A stretch of DNA of 25,580 nucleotides from positions 1 through 25,580 of the IMG/VR virus record IMGVR_UViG_3300008216_004606, one strand, 5' to 3'. The translations under genes and the position numbers were made by a program. Source of the stretch: a virus. Its lineage: Duplodnaviria > Caudoviricetes. Position 1 is the stretch's first letter, and every line of letters starts with the position of its first letter. Of the stretch, positions 6,675 to 15,366 are shown piece after piece. The notes beneath the pieces are model-generated. The model had not been told where the DNA came from and did no database searches. It saw only the letters and a list, made by a program, of their open reading frames with translations.

Positions 6675-7123
6675 CTTTCCCGATCCGTAAAGCCTCAGCC
6701 AAAACCACGGTCAAGCCGGCGAAAAGTGCTGGATCGGGAAAATCCACCGCTAGCCAGGCTGAGGACGCGCTAGCCCTTCACCTTCGCGCGGAAGGAATCG
6801 AAGCCATCCGAGAGTACCGCTTCGCTGCTGAAGCTTGCGGAGGGCCTGGAAAGGGGCTGCGTGAGCGGCTGGCCAAGGCTGGCCTGCAGGACTGGCGCGC
6901 TGACTTCGCGCTGATAGAGCACGGATTGCTGATCGAATGCGAGGGCGGCGGTTGGGTAAAGGGCCGGCATAACACCGGCGCCGGATTCGCTGCCGACCTC
7001 AAGAAATACGACGCCGCTGCCCGCCTCGGGTGGCGCGTCTACCGCTGCGACCCCGCCATGATCAAGAGCGGGCGCGCTATCGAGACAATCCGAATTCTGA
7101 TGCAGCAGGGGAGAGCAGCCTGA
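6671..7123 (+). CDS. PD-(D/E)XK endonuclease, DUF559/Vsr-like
   Basis: EYRF...WRADFAL...LIECEGG...GRH...DLKKYDAAARLGWRVYR. Confidence 0.8.
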   Translation: MTFPIRKASAKTTVKPAKSAGSGKSTASQAEDALALHLRAEGIEAIREYRFAAEACGGPGKGLRERLAKAGLQDWRADFALIEHGLLIECEGGGWVKGRHNTGAGFAADLKKYDAAARLGWRVYRCDPAMIKSGRAIETIRILMQQGRAA

Positions 7124-8259
7124 TGGCCGCACGCAAGCACGACGACGAGACAATCAAGGCCGCGCTGACGGGCCGCACTGTGGCAGAGGCTGCGCAGATC
7201 CTTGGGCTGCACGAGCGCAACGTCTACACCCACAAGGCGCGTCTGGCTCGCCAAGGGTGGAGCCCTGAGCACGACATGGTGAAGACGGTGCCGGACGGCT
7301 TCCATCTCAAGGGCACGTCGACGCTGTACGGCAAGGACGGCGAGCAGAAGCTGCAGTGGGTCAAGTCCAACATCGACCACGAGCGCCAGGCCGAGCTGAT
7401 GAAGGAGGCGGTCAAGGCTCTTGCTCTGGACATCAAGCCGGCCAAGGCGCTGCCGGCACCTTTGCACACCCTTGCGCACCTGCTCAACTGCTACGTCATC
7501 ACCGACTACCACTTGGGCATGAATGCATGGGCAGAGGAAACGGGCGCCGCGTGGGACATGAAGATCGCCGAGGACACGCTGGTCGGCTGGTTCGGTGCTG
7601 CGATCGCCCAATCGCCTGACTCCCATACCGGCGTATTCGCCCAGCTTGGGGATCTGCTGCATTGGGATGGTATCCAGGCGGTCACCCCGACATCCGGCCA
7701 CGTCCTCGACGCCGACACTCGGTTCCAAAAACTGGTTCGCGTGGCCATCAGCGTAATCCGTCGCGTGACGGCCATGCTGCTGCAGAAGCACGAGCGCGTC
7801 GTTCTCCTGATGGCTGAGGGAAACCACGATCTGGCGTCGAGCGCCTGGCTGCGCGAGCTGTTCGCCGCCCTGTATGCGGACGAGCCCCGCATCGAGGTCA
7901 TCACCCGCCCGGACCCGTATTACTGCATCGAGCATGGCCGCACGTCGCTGTTCTTCCACCACGGCCACAAGAAGCGGATGGACTCCCTTGAGACGGTGTT
8001 CATCGCCAAGTTCCGCGAGGTCTTCGGCCGTACCAGGCACAGCTATGCGCACACCGGCCACCTGCACCACAACGTCCTGCGCGAGACGAACACCATGCAG
8101 ATCGAGCAGCACCGCACCCTGGCCGCGCCAGACAGTCACGCGAGCCGCGGCGGGTGGATGAGTGGGCGAGACGCCAAGGTCATCACCTACCACGCCGAGC
8201 ACGGTGAGGTGGGCCGCATCATCGTTTCAGCCGACATGCTCAAGGGGGAAGCAGCATGA
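7123..8259 (+). CDS. HTH-fused calcineurin-like metallophosphoesterase
   Basis: N-terminal HTH (TVAEAAQILGLHERNVY). Motifs TDYH, LGDLLH, EGNHD, HHGH, GHLH. TGATG overlap gives start 7123. Confidence 0.85.
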   Translation: MAARKHDDETIKAALTGRTVAEAAQILGLHERNVYTHKARLARQGWSPEHDMVKTVPDGFHLKGTSTLYGKDGEQKLQWVKSNIDHERQAELMKEAVKALALDIKPAKALPAPLHTLAHLLNCYVITDYHLGMNAWAEETGAAWDMKIAEDTLVGWFGAAIAQSPDSHTGVFAQLGDLLHWDGIQAVTPTSGHVLDADTRFQKLVRVAISVIRRVTAMLLQKHERVVLLMAEGNHDLASSAWLRELFAALYADEPRIEVITRPDPYYCIEHGRTSLFFHHGHKKRMDSLETVFIAKFREVFGRTRHSYAHTGHLHHNVLRETNTMQIEQHRTLAAPDSHASRGGWMSGRDAKVITYHAEHGEVGRIIVSADMLKGEAA

Positions 8260-8609
8260 AGAGCGCCGAAGAGCTTTTGACCCAATGGGGCATCTGGGTA
8301 TGGCAGAAGACCGGCGTGCCGCGGTACGTCTCCCCGATGCTGGCCATCATGCGTGACAACGTGCCCAGCACTCACGCGCCAGATGCTGCGATCACCGATG
8401 AAGAGGCAGAGACGGTATCGGCTGTAGTTGCCCGTCTGCAGCAGCGCTACCCGGAAGCATCCGAGGCCGTGCACCTGTACTACTGCCACAACCGCACCAT
8501 GGAGCAGATCGGCAAGCAGCTTGGCAAATCCCGCCACCAGGTGAAGGACATGCTGAGCCGTGTGCACGGTTACGTTGAGTCGGAGTTTGATCGACGAATG
8601 GCAGCTTAA
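8256..8609 (+). CDS. Q: Late antiterminator Q (phage 21 Q-like family)
   Basis: LLTQWGIW...ITDEEA...V.AVVARL...LYY plus C-terminal HTH. Followed by a promoter, terminator and holin. Confidence 0.88.
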   Translation: MKSAEELLTQWGIWVWQKTGVPRYVSPMLAIMRDNVPSTHAPDAAITDEEAETVSAVVARLQQRYPEASEAVHLYYCHNRTMEQIGKQLGKSRHQVKDMLSRVHGYVESEFDRRMAA

Positions 8610-8624
8610 TTTACATGTCGTGCC

Positions 8625-8665
8625 TGTTGACGTGTTAACGCCGATCTGGCAATCTGGCACAAATT
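8625..8665 (+). promoter_or_regulatory. Late promoter pR' with Q-binding-like repeats and a pause element
   Basis: TTGACG (8627-8632), 17 nt, CAATCT (8650-8655). Tandem TGTTGACG/TGTTAACG (8625-8640). -10-like CAAATT at 8660-8665. Confidence 0.7.
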
Positions 8666-8686
8666 GCGGTTTTACCGCTTCAGAAG

Positions 8687-8712
8687 AGCCCGGCCAATGA
8701 GTCGGGCTTTTT
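8687..8712 (+). terminator. tR'-like intrinsic terminator
   Basis: AGCCCGGC-CAATGA-GTCGGGCT followed by TTTT. Confidence 0.85.
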
Positions 8713-8866
8713 GTGCCTCAGTTTCGGGCGCTAAAGGCCGTTTGAATGGCTCGCCACCATGCGCCCAACCCTCTTCCGGCCCCATGCCTGCCTCCTTGCT
8801 CATAGGCGGATCGCACGCGCATGTGAGGCCGGACCTATTCACTCTGCCGCATAGCTGAGATGACCC

Positions 8867-9178
8867 ATGCCAGAGAAAAGCCCTGACTTCTGGGTGGCGC
8901 TAGCTGCAGCCCTACGCGAACACGGCCTGGCCATGATGCTGACCTTCGTTCTGTCCTACATCCGAATCCACCTCTACGGCGACAAGAAGAGCCCATTGGC
9001 CAGACTGCTCGAATCAACATTCGGTGCGCTGCTGATCATGCTCGTCGGCTTAGGGGTGAACGCCATGGGTGCAAACCTTGCCTGGACGCTATTTGCTGCC
9101 GGCTTGATCGGGCTGCTTGGTGTGGATCAGGTTCGCGCACTGGCCGGCAAATGGGCGGAGCGCAAGGTGTCGCAGTGA
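8867..9178 (+). CDS. Holin, lambda-type (class I-like)
   Basis: 103 aa, about 3 TM segments, IGLLGVDQVR and a basic tail. First gene of the late operon. Confidence 0.87.
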   Translation: MPEKSPDFWVALAAALREHGLAMMLTFVLSYIRIHLYGDKKSPLARLLESTFGALLIMLVGLGVNAMGANLAWTLFAAGLIGLLGVDQVRALAGKWAERKVSQ

Positions 9179-9291
9179 AACGCCTCCACGCCACCCTGAT
9201 CATGATATGCCTCGCCGCCTGTGTCGCTGTGATGATCGGAAAAGAGGTGTGGAGATTCTGGCGTCAACATTCCAAAAGTAGAAAGGTTTAG
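9175..9291 (+). CDS. 38-aa single-TM protein (not in ORF track)
   Basis: GTGA overlap with the holin stop. MKRLHATLIMICLAACVAVMIGKEVWRFWRQHSKSRKV ends 2 nt before terS. Confidence 0.6.
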   Translation: MKRLHATLIMICLAACVAVMIGKEVWRFWRQHSKSRKV

Positions 9292-9293
9292 AT

Positions 9294-9611
9294 ATGGCCG
9301 GCAGACCGAAGGGCCTGCCCAAGTCGGGTGGGCGGCAGAAAGGCACACCGAACAAGATCACGGCGGACATCAAAGAGATTGCCCAGTCGTTCGGCGAGGA
9401 GGCGATTACGCACCTGGTCGAGATAGCGCGCAATGGCGATGCCCCTCCCGCTGCCCGAGTGGCCGCAGTAAAGGAGATCCTAGACCGCGGCTATGGCAAG
9501 GCGAAGCAAGACGTAGAGCTGACCGGCGCCAATGGAGGTCCGGTTGAAACCGTGACCCGCATTGAACTGGTGGCCCTAGGTGACGACAGTACAGATAGCA
9601 CTGCCGCCTAA
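9294..9611 (+). CDS. terS: Terminase small subunit (putative)
   Basis: GGRQKGTPNK and VELTGANGGPV motifs. Overlaps the terL start. Confidence 0.75.
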   Translation: MAGRPKGLPKSGGRQKGTPNKITADIKEIAQSFGEEAITHLVEIARNGDAPPAARVAAVKEILDRGYGKAKQDVELTGANGGPVETVTRIELVALGDDSTDSTAA

Positions 9612-10893
9612 GCTGCTGCCTGTGTTCCAGGGGCGCGCTGACGTTCGCGGCGCCTATGGTGGCCGGGGGTCAGGCAAGACTCGCTCCTTCGCCAAGATGG
9701 CAGCTGTGCGCGGCTACATGTACGGGATGAATGGCGAGGCCGGGATCATCCTGTGCGGCCGCCAGTTCATGAACTCGCTAGATGACTCCTCGCTGGAGGA
9801 GTGCAAGCGGGCGATCGAAGAAGAACCCTTTCTTGCTGCCTACTACGACGTGGGCGACAAGTACATCAAGAGCCGCGACGGGCGTATTCAGTTCGCCTTC
9901 GCCGGCCTTGACCGCAACATTGCATCGATCAAGTCCAAGGGTCGCCTGCTGATCTGCTGGGTAGATGAGGCCGAGCCCGTCACCGATGAGGCCTGGCTGA
10001 CGCTGATCCCGACGCTGCGTGAAGAGGGCAGCGACTGGAACGCCGAGCTGTGGATTACCTGGAACCCAAAGCGCAAGAGTGCGCCGGTTGAGTCGCGATT
10101 CCGGTTCGCCAACGACCCGCTGGTCAAGGTTATTGAGCTGAACTGGAGGGATAACCCTAAGTTCCCGGCCAAGCTTGAGCGTGAACGCCAGCGTGACGCC
10201 CAGGAGCGGCCCGATCAGTACGGGCACGTATGGGAAGGCGAGTACGCAACGACCATTGCAGGCGCCTACTTTGCTCAGTCGCTGACGACAGCCAAGGCTG
10301 AGAGTCGGATTGGTCGTGTTGCTGCTGATCCGCTGATGACCATTCGCCTGTTCGCTGACATTGGCGGCACCGGGGCCAAGGCTGATGCCTTCGTGTTCTG
10401 GGCTGTGCAGTTCATCGGGCGTGAGATTCGGGTGCTCGATCACTACGAAGTTCAAGGGCAGCCGCTTGAGGCTCATCTGAACTGGCTGCGATCCAAGGGC
10501 TATACGCCTGACCGGGCGCAAATCTGGCTGCCGCACGACGGCGACACGCAGGACAAGGTTCATGACGTGTCGTACCGATCCGCATTCGAGGCCTCAGGCT
10601 ACGTTGTGACCGTTGTCCCTAACCAAGGCAAGGGTGCGGCGATGCTGCGCGTGGAGGCCGCTCGCAGGCTGTTTCCGTCCATGTGGTTTGACGAGGAGCC
10701 GACCCAGGCTGGCCGTGAGGCGCTGGGCTGGTATCACGAGAAGCGCGACGAGATACGCGGCATCGGCCTTGGTCCTGCTCACGACTGGGCATCGCACTCC
10801 GCTGATGCCTTCGGCCTGATGTGTGTGGCCTACGAACTCCCTGCAAATCGACCGGCTCAGCCGCTCAACTACCGAAACCGGATGATTTCATGA
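9580..10893 (+). CDS. terL: Terminase large subunit (PBSX-type)
   Basis: Walker A GGRGSGKT, Walker B WVDEAE, TWNP, nuclease FADIG and HSADAF. Confidence 0.95.
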   Translation: MTTVQIALPPKLLPVFQGRADVRGAYGGRGSGKTRSFAKMAAVRGYMYGMNGEAGIILCGRQFMNSLDDSSLEECKRAIEEEPFLAAYYDVGDKYIKSRDGRIQFAFAGLDRNIASIKSKGRLLICWVDEAEPVTDEAWLTLIPTLREEGSDWNAELWITWNPKRKSAPVESRFRFANDPLVKVIELNWRDNPKFPAKLERERQRDAQERPDQYGHVWEGEYATTIAGAYFAQSLTTAKAESRIGRVAADPLMTIRLFADIGGTGAKADAFVFWAVQFIGREIRVLDHYEVQGQPLEAHLNWLRSKGYTPDRAQIWLPHDGDTQDKVHDVSYRSAFEASGYVVTVVPNQGKGAAMLRVEAARRLFPSMWFDEEPTQAGREALGWYHEKRDEIRGIGLGPAHDWASHSADAFGLMCVAYELPANRPAQPLNYRNRMIS

Positions 10894-12953
10894 AGATGAC
10901 CGAGGCCGAACTGCTCGCGTTCCTCGACGACGAGGCTCGCCAGGCGCACCTGTTCAATGACGGCGAGGCGCAGGAAGAGCGCACACGTGCTATGCGCGCC
11001 TATTCCCGCGAGCCATACGGCAACGAGGAAGAAGGCCGATCGGCTGTGGTCGCCTCAGACGTGTTCGATGCGGTTGAGGGGATGCTGCCGGACCTGATCG
11101 AAGTGTTCACCAGCTCGGACAAGGCTGTCGTGTTCGAGCCAGTTGGCCCGGAGGACGAAGAGTCAGCCGAGCAGGTGACCAACGCCTGCAATTACGTCTT
11201 CTACAAGCAGAATAACGGCTTCCTGATCCTCTATACCGCTCTGAAGGACGCGCTGCTTCTGAAAACAGGCGCCGTCAAGTGGTTCTGGGAGAAGCGCCGC
11301 ACGCCGACGTTCAACACGTACCGCGCGGTCGACGAATACCAGCTGGCGTCATTCCTGGCCGAGAACCCTACTGCTGAGGTTGTCGAGCAGGACGAGGTTG
11401 AGCCAGGCGCAGAAGAGATTGCGCAGTATCAGCAGGCCGCGGCCGAGCAGATGGCTCAAGGCTTCCTGCCGGCTGAGATGCCTAAGCGCTACACAGTCAA
11501 GATCAAGACGGTTGAGGAGAAGGGCAAGTGCTCCATTGTCGCCATTCCGCCCGAAGAGCTGCAGGTATCACGCCGGCATGACTCTCCGCTGCTGGATGAC
11601 TGCCCTTACGTCTGCCATGTGACCCGCCGCAGCGTCTCCGAGATCCGCGAGATGGGCTTCGACGTAGACGCCTCCGAGGTGCGCGCGGCTGTATACGAAA
11701 ACGTCACTGACTACCGCGAGAACAATGGCGGCCGGTTCGACGATTGGGAGGACGAAACCACTCTCGAAGACTCGATGGTCCGCGGCTATCTGCGCGATGA
11801 GTATGTCCTGATGGACTACGACGGCGACGGCATTACTGAGCGCCGCCACATCATTCGCCTCGGTGACCGCATTCTGTCGAACGAAGAGTGCGGGCATGTG
11901 CCTATCGCAGCCTGGACCCCGTACATCAACACCCACTCGTTCAACGGCGTGTCGGTGGCTGATCTGGTCGAGGACTTCCAGCGCATCCACACCACGATTC
12001 TCCGGCAGCAGATCGACAACCTGTACCTGGCCAACAACCAGGAGACGGTTGTTCTCACCGACTCGCAGGGCAACCCGCAGGCCAACATCGACGACCTGTT
12101 GAACCGTCGCCCAGGCGGCGTGATTCGCGAGAAGGTGTCAGGCGCTGTGCGGCCCTACATGCAGCGCTGGCAGGGTATCGAAGCGATGCCCATGCTTGAG
12201 CAGTTGCAGGGCGAGAAGGAGAACCGCACGGGCTGGACGCGCTATTCGCAGGGCTTGGACGGGGATTCCCTGAACAAGACCGCCTCTGGCGCTCGCATGA
12301 TCATGAACGCCAGCCAGAAGCGCATGAAGCTGATGGCGCGCATTGCTGCTGAATGCCTGGTTGCGCCGATGTTCCGGGGGATCTTCAAGACCCTTTCCGA
12401 CAACGGCATGGAGCAGCTTGCGTACCGGCTAAACGGCAAGTTCGTGCAGTACGACCCGCAGGCGTGGCGTGATCAGTACGACATGACCATCAACGTCGGT
12501 ATCGGCACGGGTGACGTGCAGCAGCAGAGTGAGTTCCTGATACAGATCGCCCAGTCTCAGGCTGCAGTGGCTGGTTCGCCATACGCCAAGCACCTGATAT
12601 CACCTAAGCAGGTCTACAACGTACAGGCTCGCCTGGCTGAGAACGCCGGCTTCAAGAATCCCGAGGAATTTTGGGTTGATCCCGATACGGTTCCGGAGGA
12701 CGACAGTCCGCCGCCGCCTGATCCGAAGGTCGAGCTGGAAAAGGCCAAATTGCAGGACAGCCAGCAGAAGGCGCAGGCCGAAATGCAGCTGGAGATGCAG
12801 AAGCAGGATAAGGAACTGGCATTCAAGGCTGAACAGGCCGATCTCGACCGTCAGTTCCGCCTGCAGATGGAGCAGATCCGGCTTGCGGCAGGCCAATCGA
12901 TGCACATGGCCGGCACTGCGATGCACAACAACGAAGGGGAGCGCTTCCTGTGA
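10890..12953 (+). CDS. Portal protein (podovirus/P22-like) with a C-terminal coiled extension
   Basis: Follows terL with an ATGA overlap. About 687 aa, ENRTGWTRYSQG, Gln/Glu-rich helical C-terminus. Confidence 0.88.
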   Translation: MKMTEAELLAFLDDEARQAHLFNDGEAQEERTRAMRAYSREPYGNEEEGRSAVVASDVFDAVEGMLPDLIEVFTSSDKAVVFEPVGPEDEESAEQVTNACNYVFYKQNNGFLILYTALKDALLLKTGAVKWFWEKRRTPTFNTYRAVDEYQLASFLAENPTAEVVEQDEVEPGAEEIAQYQQAAAEQMAQGFLPAEMPKRYTVKIKTVEEKGKCSIVAIPPEELQVSRRHDSPLLDDCPYVCHVTRRSVSEIREMGFDVDASEVRAAVYENVTDYRENNGGRFDDWEDETTLEDSMVRGYLRDEYVLMDYDGDGITERRHIIRLGDRILSNEECGHVPIAAWTPYINTHSFNGVSVADLVEDFQRIHTTILRQQIDNLYLANNQETVVLTDSQGNPQANIDDLLNRRPGGVIREKVSGAVRPYMQRWQGIEAMPMLEQLQGEKENRTGWTRYSQGLDGDSLNKTASGARMIMNASQKRMKLMARIAAECLVAPMFRGIFKTLSDNGMEQLAYRLNGKFVQYDPQAWRDQYDMTINVGIGTGDVQQQSEFLIQIAQSQAAVAGSPYAKHLISPKQVYNVQARLAENAGFKNPEEFWVDPDTVPEDDSPPPPDPKVELEKAKLQDSQQKAQAEMQLEMQKQDKELAFKAEQADLDRQFRLQMEQIRLAAGQSMHMAGTAMHNNEGERFL

Positions 12954-13240
12954 CCGATACCGACCTGATGGAGCAGCAGACTCGCGGCCAGTACGCCATG
13001 AGCCTGCTGGAAAACGAGCTGCTGAATGAAGCGCTCGAAGCCATCGATAAGGAAGTGATGGAACAGTGGATTGCTTGCCCAGCGCGCGACAAGGAGGGCA
13101 AAGAGGCCCTCTGGCAGCTGATCAAGACCAGCCGCAAGTTCCGCGACATCCTCACCGGCTACATCGAGACCGGCAAGCTGGCTACTGCGCAGCTAAAACA
13201 GTTCGAGAAGCGCGGGATATTTGGGAGGGTCGCCTCATGA
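12950..13240 (+). CDS. Hypothetical head-region protein
   Basis: 96-aa helical ORF with GTGA/ATGA overlaps, between portal and scaffold. Confidence 0.8.
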   Translation: MTDTDLMEQQTRGQYAMSLLENELLNEALEAIDKEVMEQWIACPARDKEGKEALWQLIKTSRKFRDILTGYIETGKLATAQLKQFEKRGIFGRVAS

Positions 13241-13398
13241 GACGGTATCCAAGACTAGCGAGATGCCCGTTTACCGGCGTTCTCTGCAAGGTTCGTAGCG
13301 AAAAAGAGGAGACGGCATTCATCCGCACGCCGCTTTACGCCGCTGCGGTCGCGATTGCGCTGTACGCCATAGTAATTGTGTGGCTGATAGCCAGATAA
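13237..13398 (+). CDS. 53-aa protein with a C-terminal TM helix
   Basis: ATGA overlap and GGGAGG RBS. Ends LYAAAVAIALYAIVIVWLIAR. Confidence 0.6.
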   Translation: MRRYPRLARCPFTGVLCKVRSEKEETAFIRTPLYAAAVAIALYAIVIVWLIAR

Positions 13399-13415
13399 CC
13401 AAACCGAAAACCAAC

Positions 13416-13439
13416 AAGCCCGCCTAGTGCGGGTTTTTT
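13416..13439 (+). terminator. Intrinsic terminator
   Basis: AAGCCCGC-CTAGT-GCGGGTT followed by TTTT. Confidence 0.8.
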
Positions 13440-13469
13440 AATGCCCGTATGGGCGAACTGGAGTGTGTG

Positions 13470-14336
13470 ATGACTGACACCAACCTTGACGGAGTGTCGC
13501 TGGACGATGTGTCCGAGCTTCTGGAAGAAGACGAACAGCTCGAAGGCGAACTCGAAGCATCCGAGGAAGAAGGCCTGCTCGATGAGGAGCAGCAACCGGA
13601 CGAGGAGGAAGAAGAGGACGACGGAGAACTGATCGAAGTCGATGGCAAGTCCGTGAAGGTTCCGAAGGAACTGAAAGACTATGTCCTCATGCACAAGGAT
13701 TACACCCAGAAAACACAGGCTGTTGCCGAACAGCGCCGAGTCGTTGAAGAGCGTGCGCAAGCTCTGGAACAACGCGAACGGGCGCTAGGTGACTCCTTCG
13801 AGAAGGCTGTTGAGTTCCGCGAAGTGCAGAACAAGATCGCCCAATTCGAGGCGCTGGACTGGAATGCGTTGGTGGATGCCGACCCGGTACAGGCCCAGAA
13901 GCTGACCATTGCGTATCAACAGCTTCAGCGAGAGGCGCAAGCCAAATACGGCGAACTGCAGCAAGCCCAAGCCCAGGCGCAGCACCTGACCGCCCAACAG
14001 CGTCAGCAAATGCTAGCCGAAGCCGAACAGGACTTGCGCGCACGTCTGCCGGACTTTGGACCGCAAGTCGCTGAGCAGATCGTGAAGTCAGCCAAGGAAT
14101 ACGGCATTTCTCCCGAGGAGCTGGATGGCCTCACCGATGCCCGCTACGTACACGTCCTGCATGACGCTATGAAGTGGCGCGCTCTCCAAGAGGGCAAGCC
14201 CCGAGCCATGCAGCGCGTCGCCACAGCAGCCCCGGCGATCAAGCCGCAGGCCGCACAACCCAAGCGAACCAATCAAGCAGCCCTTGAGCGACTGAAAAAG
14301 AACGGTCGCGCCGAGGATCTGGCCTCATTCCTGTAA
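13470..14336 (+). CDS. Capsid scaffolding protein
   Basis: Very acidic N-terminus, KDYTQKTQAVAEQRR, coiled coil. Directly upstream of the capsid gene. GGAG RBS before ATG 13470. Confidence 0.85.
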   Translation: MTDTNLDGVSLDDVSELLEEDEQLEGELEASEEEGLLDEEQQPDEEEEEDDGELIEVDGKSVKVPKELKDYVLMHKDYTQKTQAVAEQRRVVEERAQALEQRERALGDSFEKAVEFREVQNKIAQFEALDWNALVDADPVQAQKLTIAYQQLQREAQAKYGELQQAQAQAQHLTAQQRQQMLAEAEQDLRARLPDFGPQVAEQIVKSAKEYGISPEELDGLTDARYVHVLHDAMKWRALQEGKPRAMQRVATAAPAIKPQAAQPKRTNQAALERLKKNGRAEDLASFL

Positions 14337-14348
14337 GGAGCTACACCC

Positions 14349-15320
14349 ATGGCACAACCAACCGGTACTTTTGATTCCTACGCCGCCGTAGGTAACCGCG
14401 AAGACCTGCAAGACAAGATTTACATGGTCAGCCCGGAGAAGACCCCGATCGTTTCCGCGATCCGTCGCCTCAAGGCCACCCAGCGCCTGCATGAATGGCA
14501 GCGTGACACCCTGGCGACCCCGAACAAGGACAACGCTGTAATCGAAGGCGATGAGCGCACCGGGACCACCTCGGCGCCGACTCAGCGCGTTGCCAACACC
14601 GTGCAGCTGTTCGACAAGACCGCTGTGGTCTCCAGCACCCAGGAGAAAACCAAGTCTGCTGGCCGCTCGTCTGAGATGAAGTATCAGATCAGCAAGCGCA
14701 TGGTCGAACTCAAGCGCGACATGGAAGCCATGGTGCTCTCCGACAACGTCGCGGTGCAGGGCAACAGCACGACTGCGCGCAAGTCCGCTGGCCTGGGTGC
14801 GCTGCTGTACTCCAACGTCAACCACGGCGGTGCAGGCGCTACTCCTGCGCACACCTCCGGCCTGGCTACCACTGCGCAGACTGCCGGCACCAACCGTGCG
14901 TTCGCTGAGACTCAGCTGAAGTCGGTGATGCAGAGCATCTACACCAATTCCGGTGAGATGCCATCGATCATCTCGATGACGCCGAGCCACAAGGCGGCGT
15001 TCTCTGGCTTCGCAGGCATCGCGGCCAACCGCGTGGACGTGAAGAAGGGCAAGCAGGGCACCATCGTCGGCGGCGCTGACGTGTACGTGTCGGACTTCGG
15101 CGAGCTTACCGTCGTGCCGAACTACGTGCAGGCCACTGCCAACGCGAACACCGTGTTCATCCTGAACCCGGAGCACGCGGGCATCGCCTACCTGGGCGGC
15201 TTCAAGTCCGAAGCGCTGGCCAAGACCGGCCACACCGAGAAGGAACTCGTCTCGGTCGAAGCCTGCCTGGTCGTCACCGCTGAGACTGCGCACGGCAAGA
15301 TCGCCAACCTCACGGCCTAA
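14349..15320 (+). CDS. Major capsid protein (DUF5309/SU10-like)
   Basis: TAAGGAG RBS, strongly biased codons, GNREDL...SPEKTP...HEWQRDTL, terminator directly after. Confidence 0.9.
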   Translation: MAQPTGTFDSYAAVGNREDLQDKIYMVSPEKTPIVSAIRRLKATQRLHEWQRDTLATPNKDNAVIEGDERTGTTSAPTQRVANTVQLFDKTAVVSSTQEKTKSAGRSSEMKYQISKRMVELKRDMEAMVLSDNVAVQGNSTTARKSAGLGALLYSNVNHGGAGATPAHTSGLATTAQTAGTNRAFAETQLKSVMQSIYTNSGEMPSIISMTPSHKAAFSGFAGIAANRVDVKKGKQGTIVGGADVYVSDFGELTVVPNYVQATANANTVFILNPEHAGIAYLGGFKSEALAKTGHTEKELVSVEACLVVTAETAHGKIANLTA

Positions 15321-15334
15321 CCAGCAACGATGAG

Positions 15335-15365
15335 GCCCGCCCTGGGCAACTGGGGCGGGTTTTTT
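15335..15365 (+). terminator. Intrinsic terminator after the capsid gene
   Basis: GCCCGCCCTGG-GCAA-CTGGGGCGGGT followed by TTTTT. Confidence 0.85.
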
Positions 15366-15366
15366 A

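Noticed and set aside
7039-8202. 387-aa minus-strand ORF
   Set aside because: Antisense shadow of the phosphoesterase gene. Expected from GC3-rich codons, with no RBS or motif.
8715-8860. Possible tRNA between Q and holin
   Set aside because: Structured, but no T-loop GTTCRA or cloverleaf spacing. Reported as an unknown structured leader instead.
8860-8869. Lambda S-type dual-start motif for the holin
   Set aside because: Upstream ATG at 8860 is 7 nt from ATG 8867, so it is out of frame.
15300-15333. Programmed frameshift or read-through extension of the capsid protein
   Set aside because: No slippery heptamer seen, and a terminator follows immediately.
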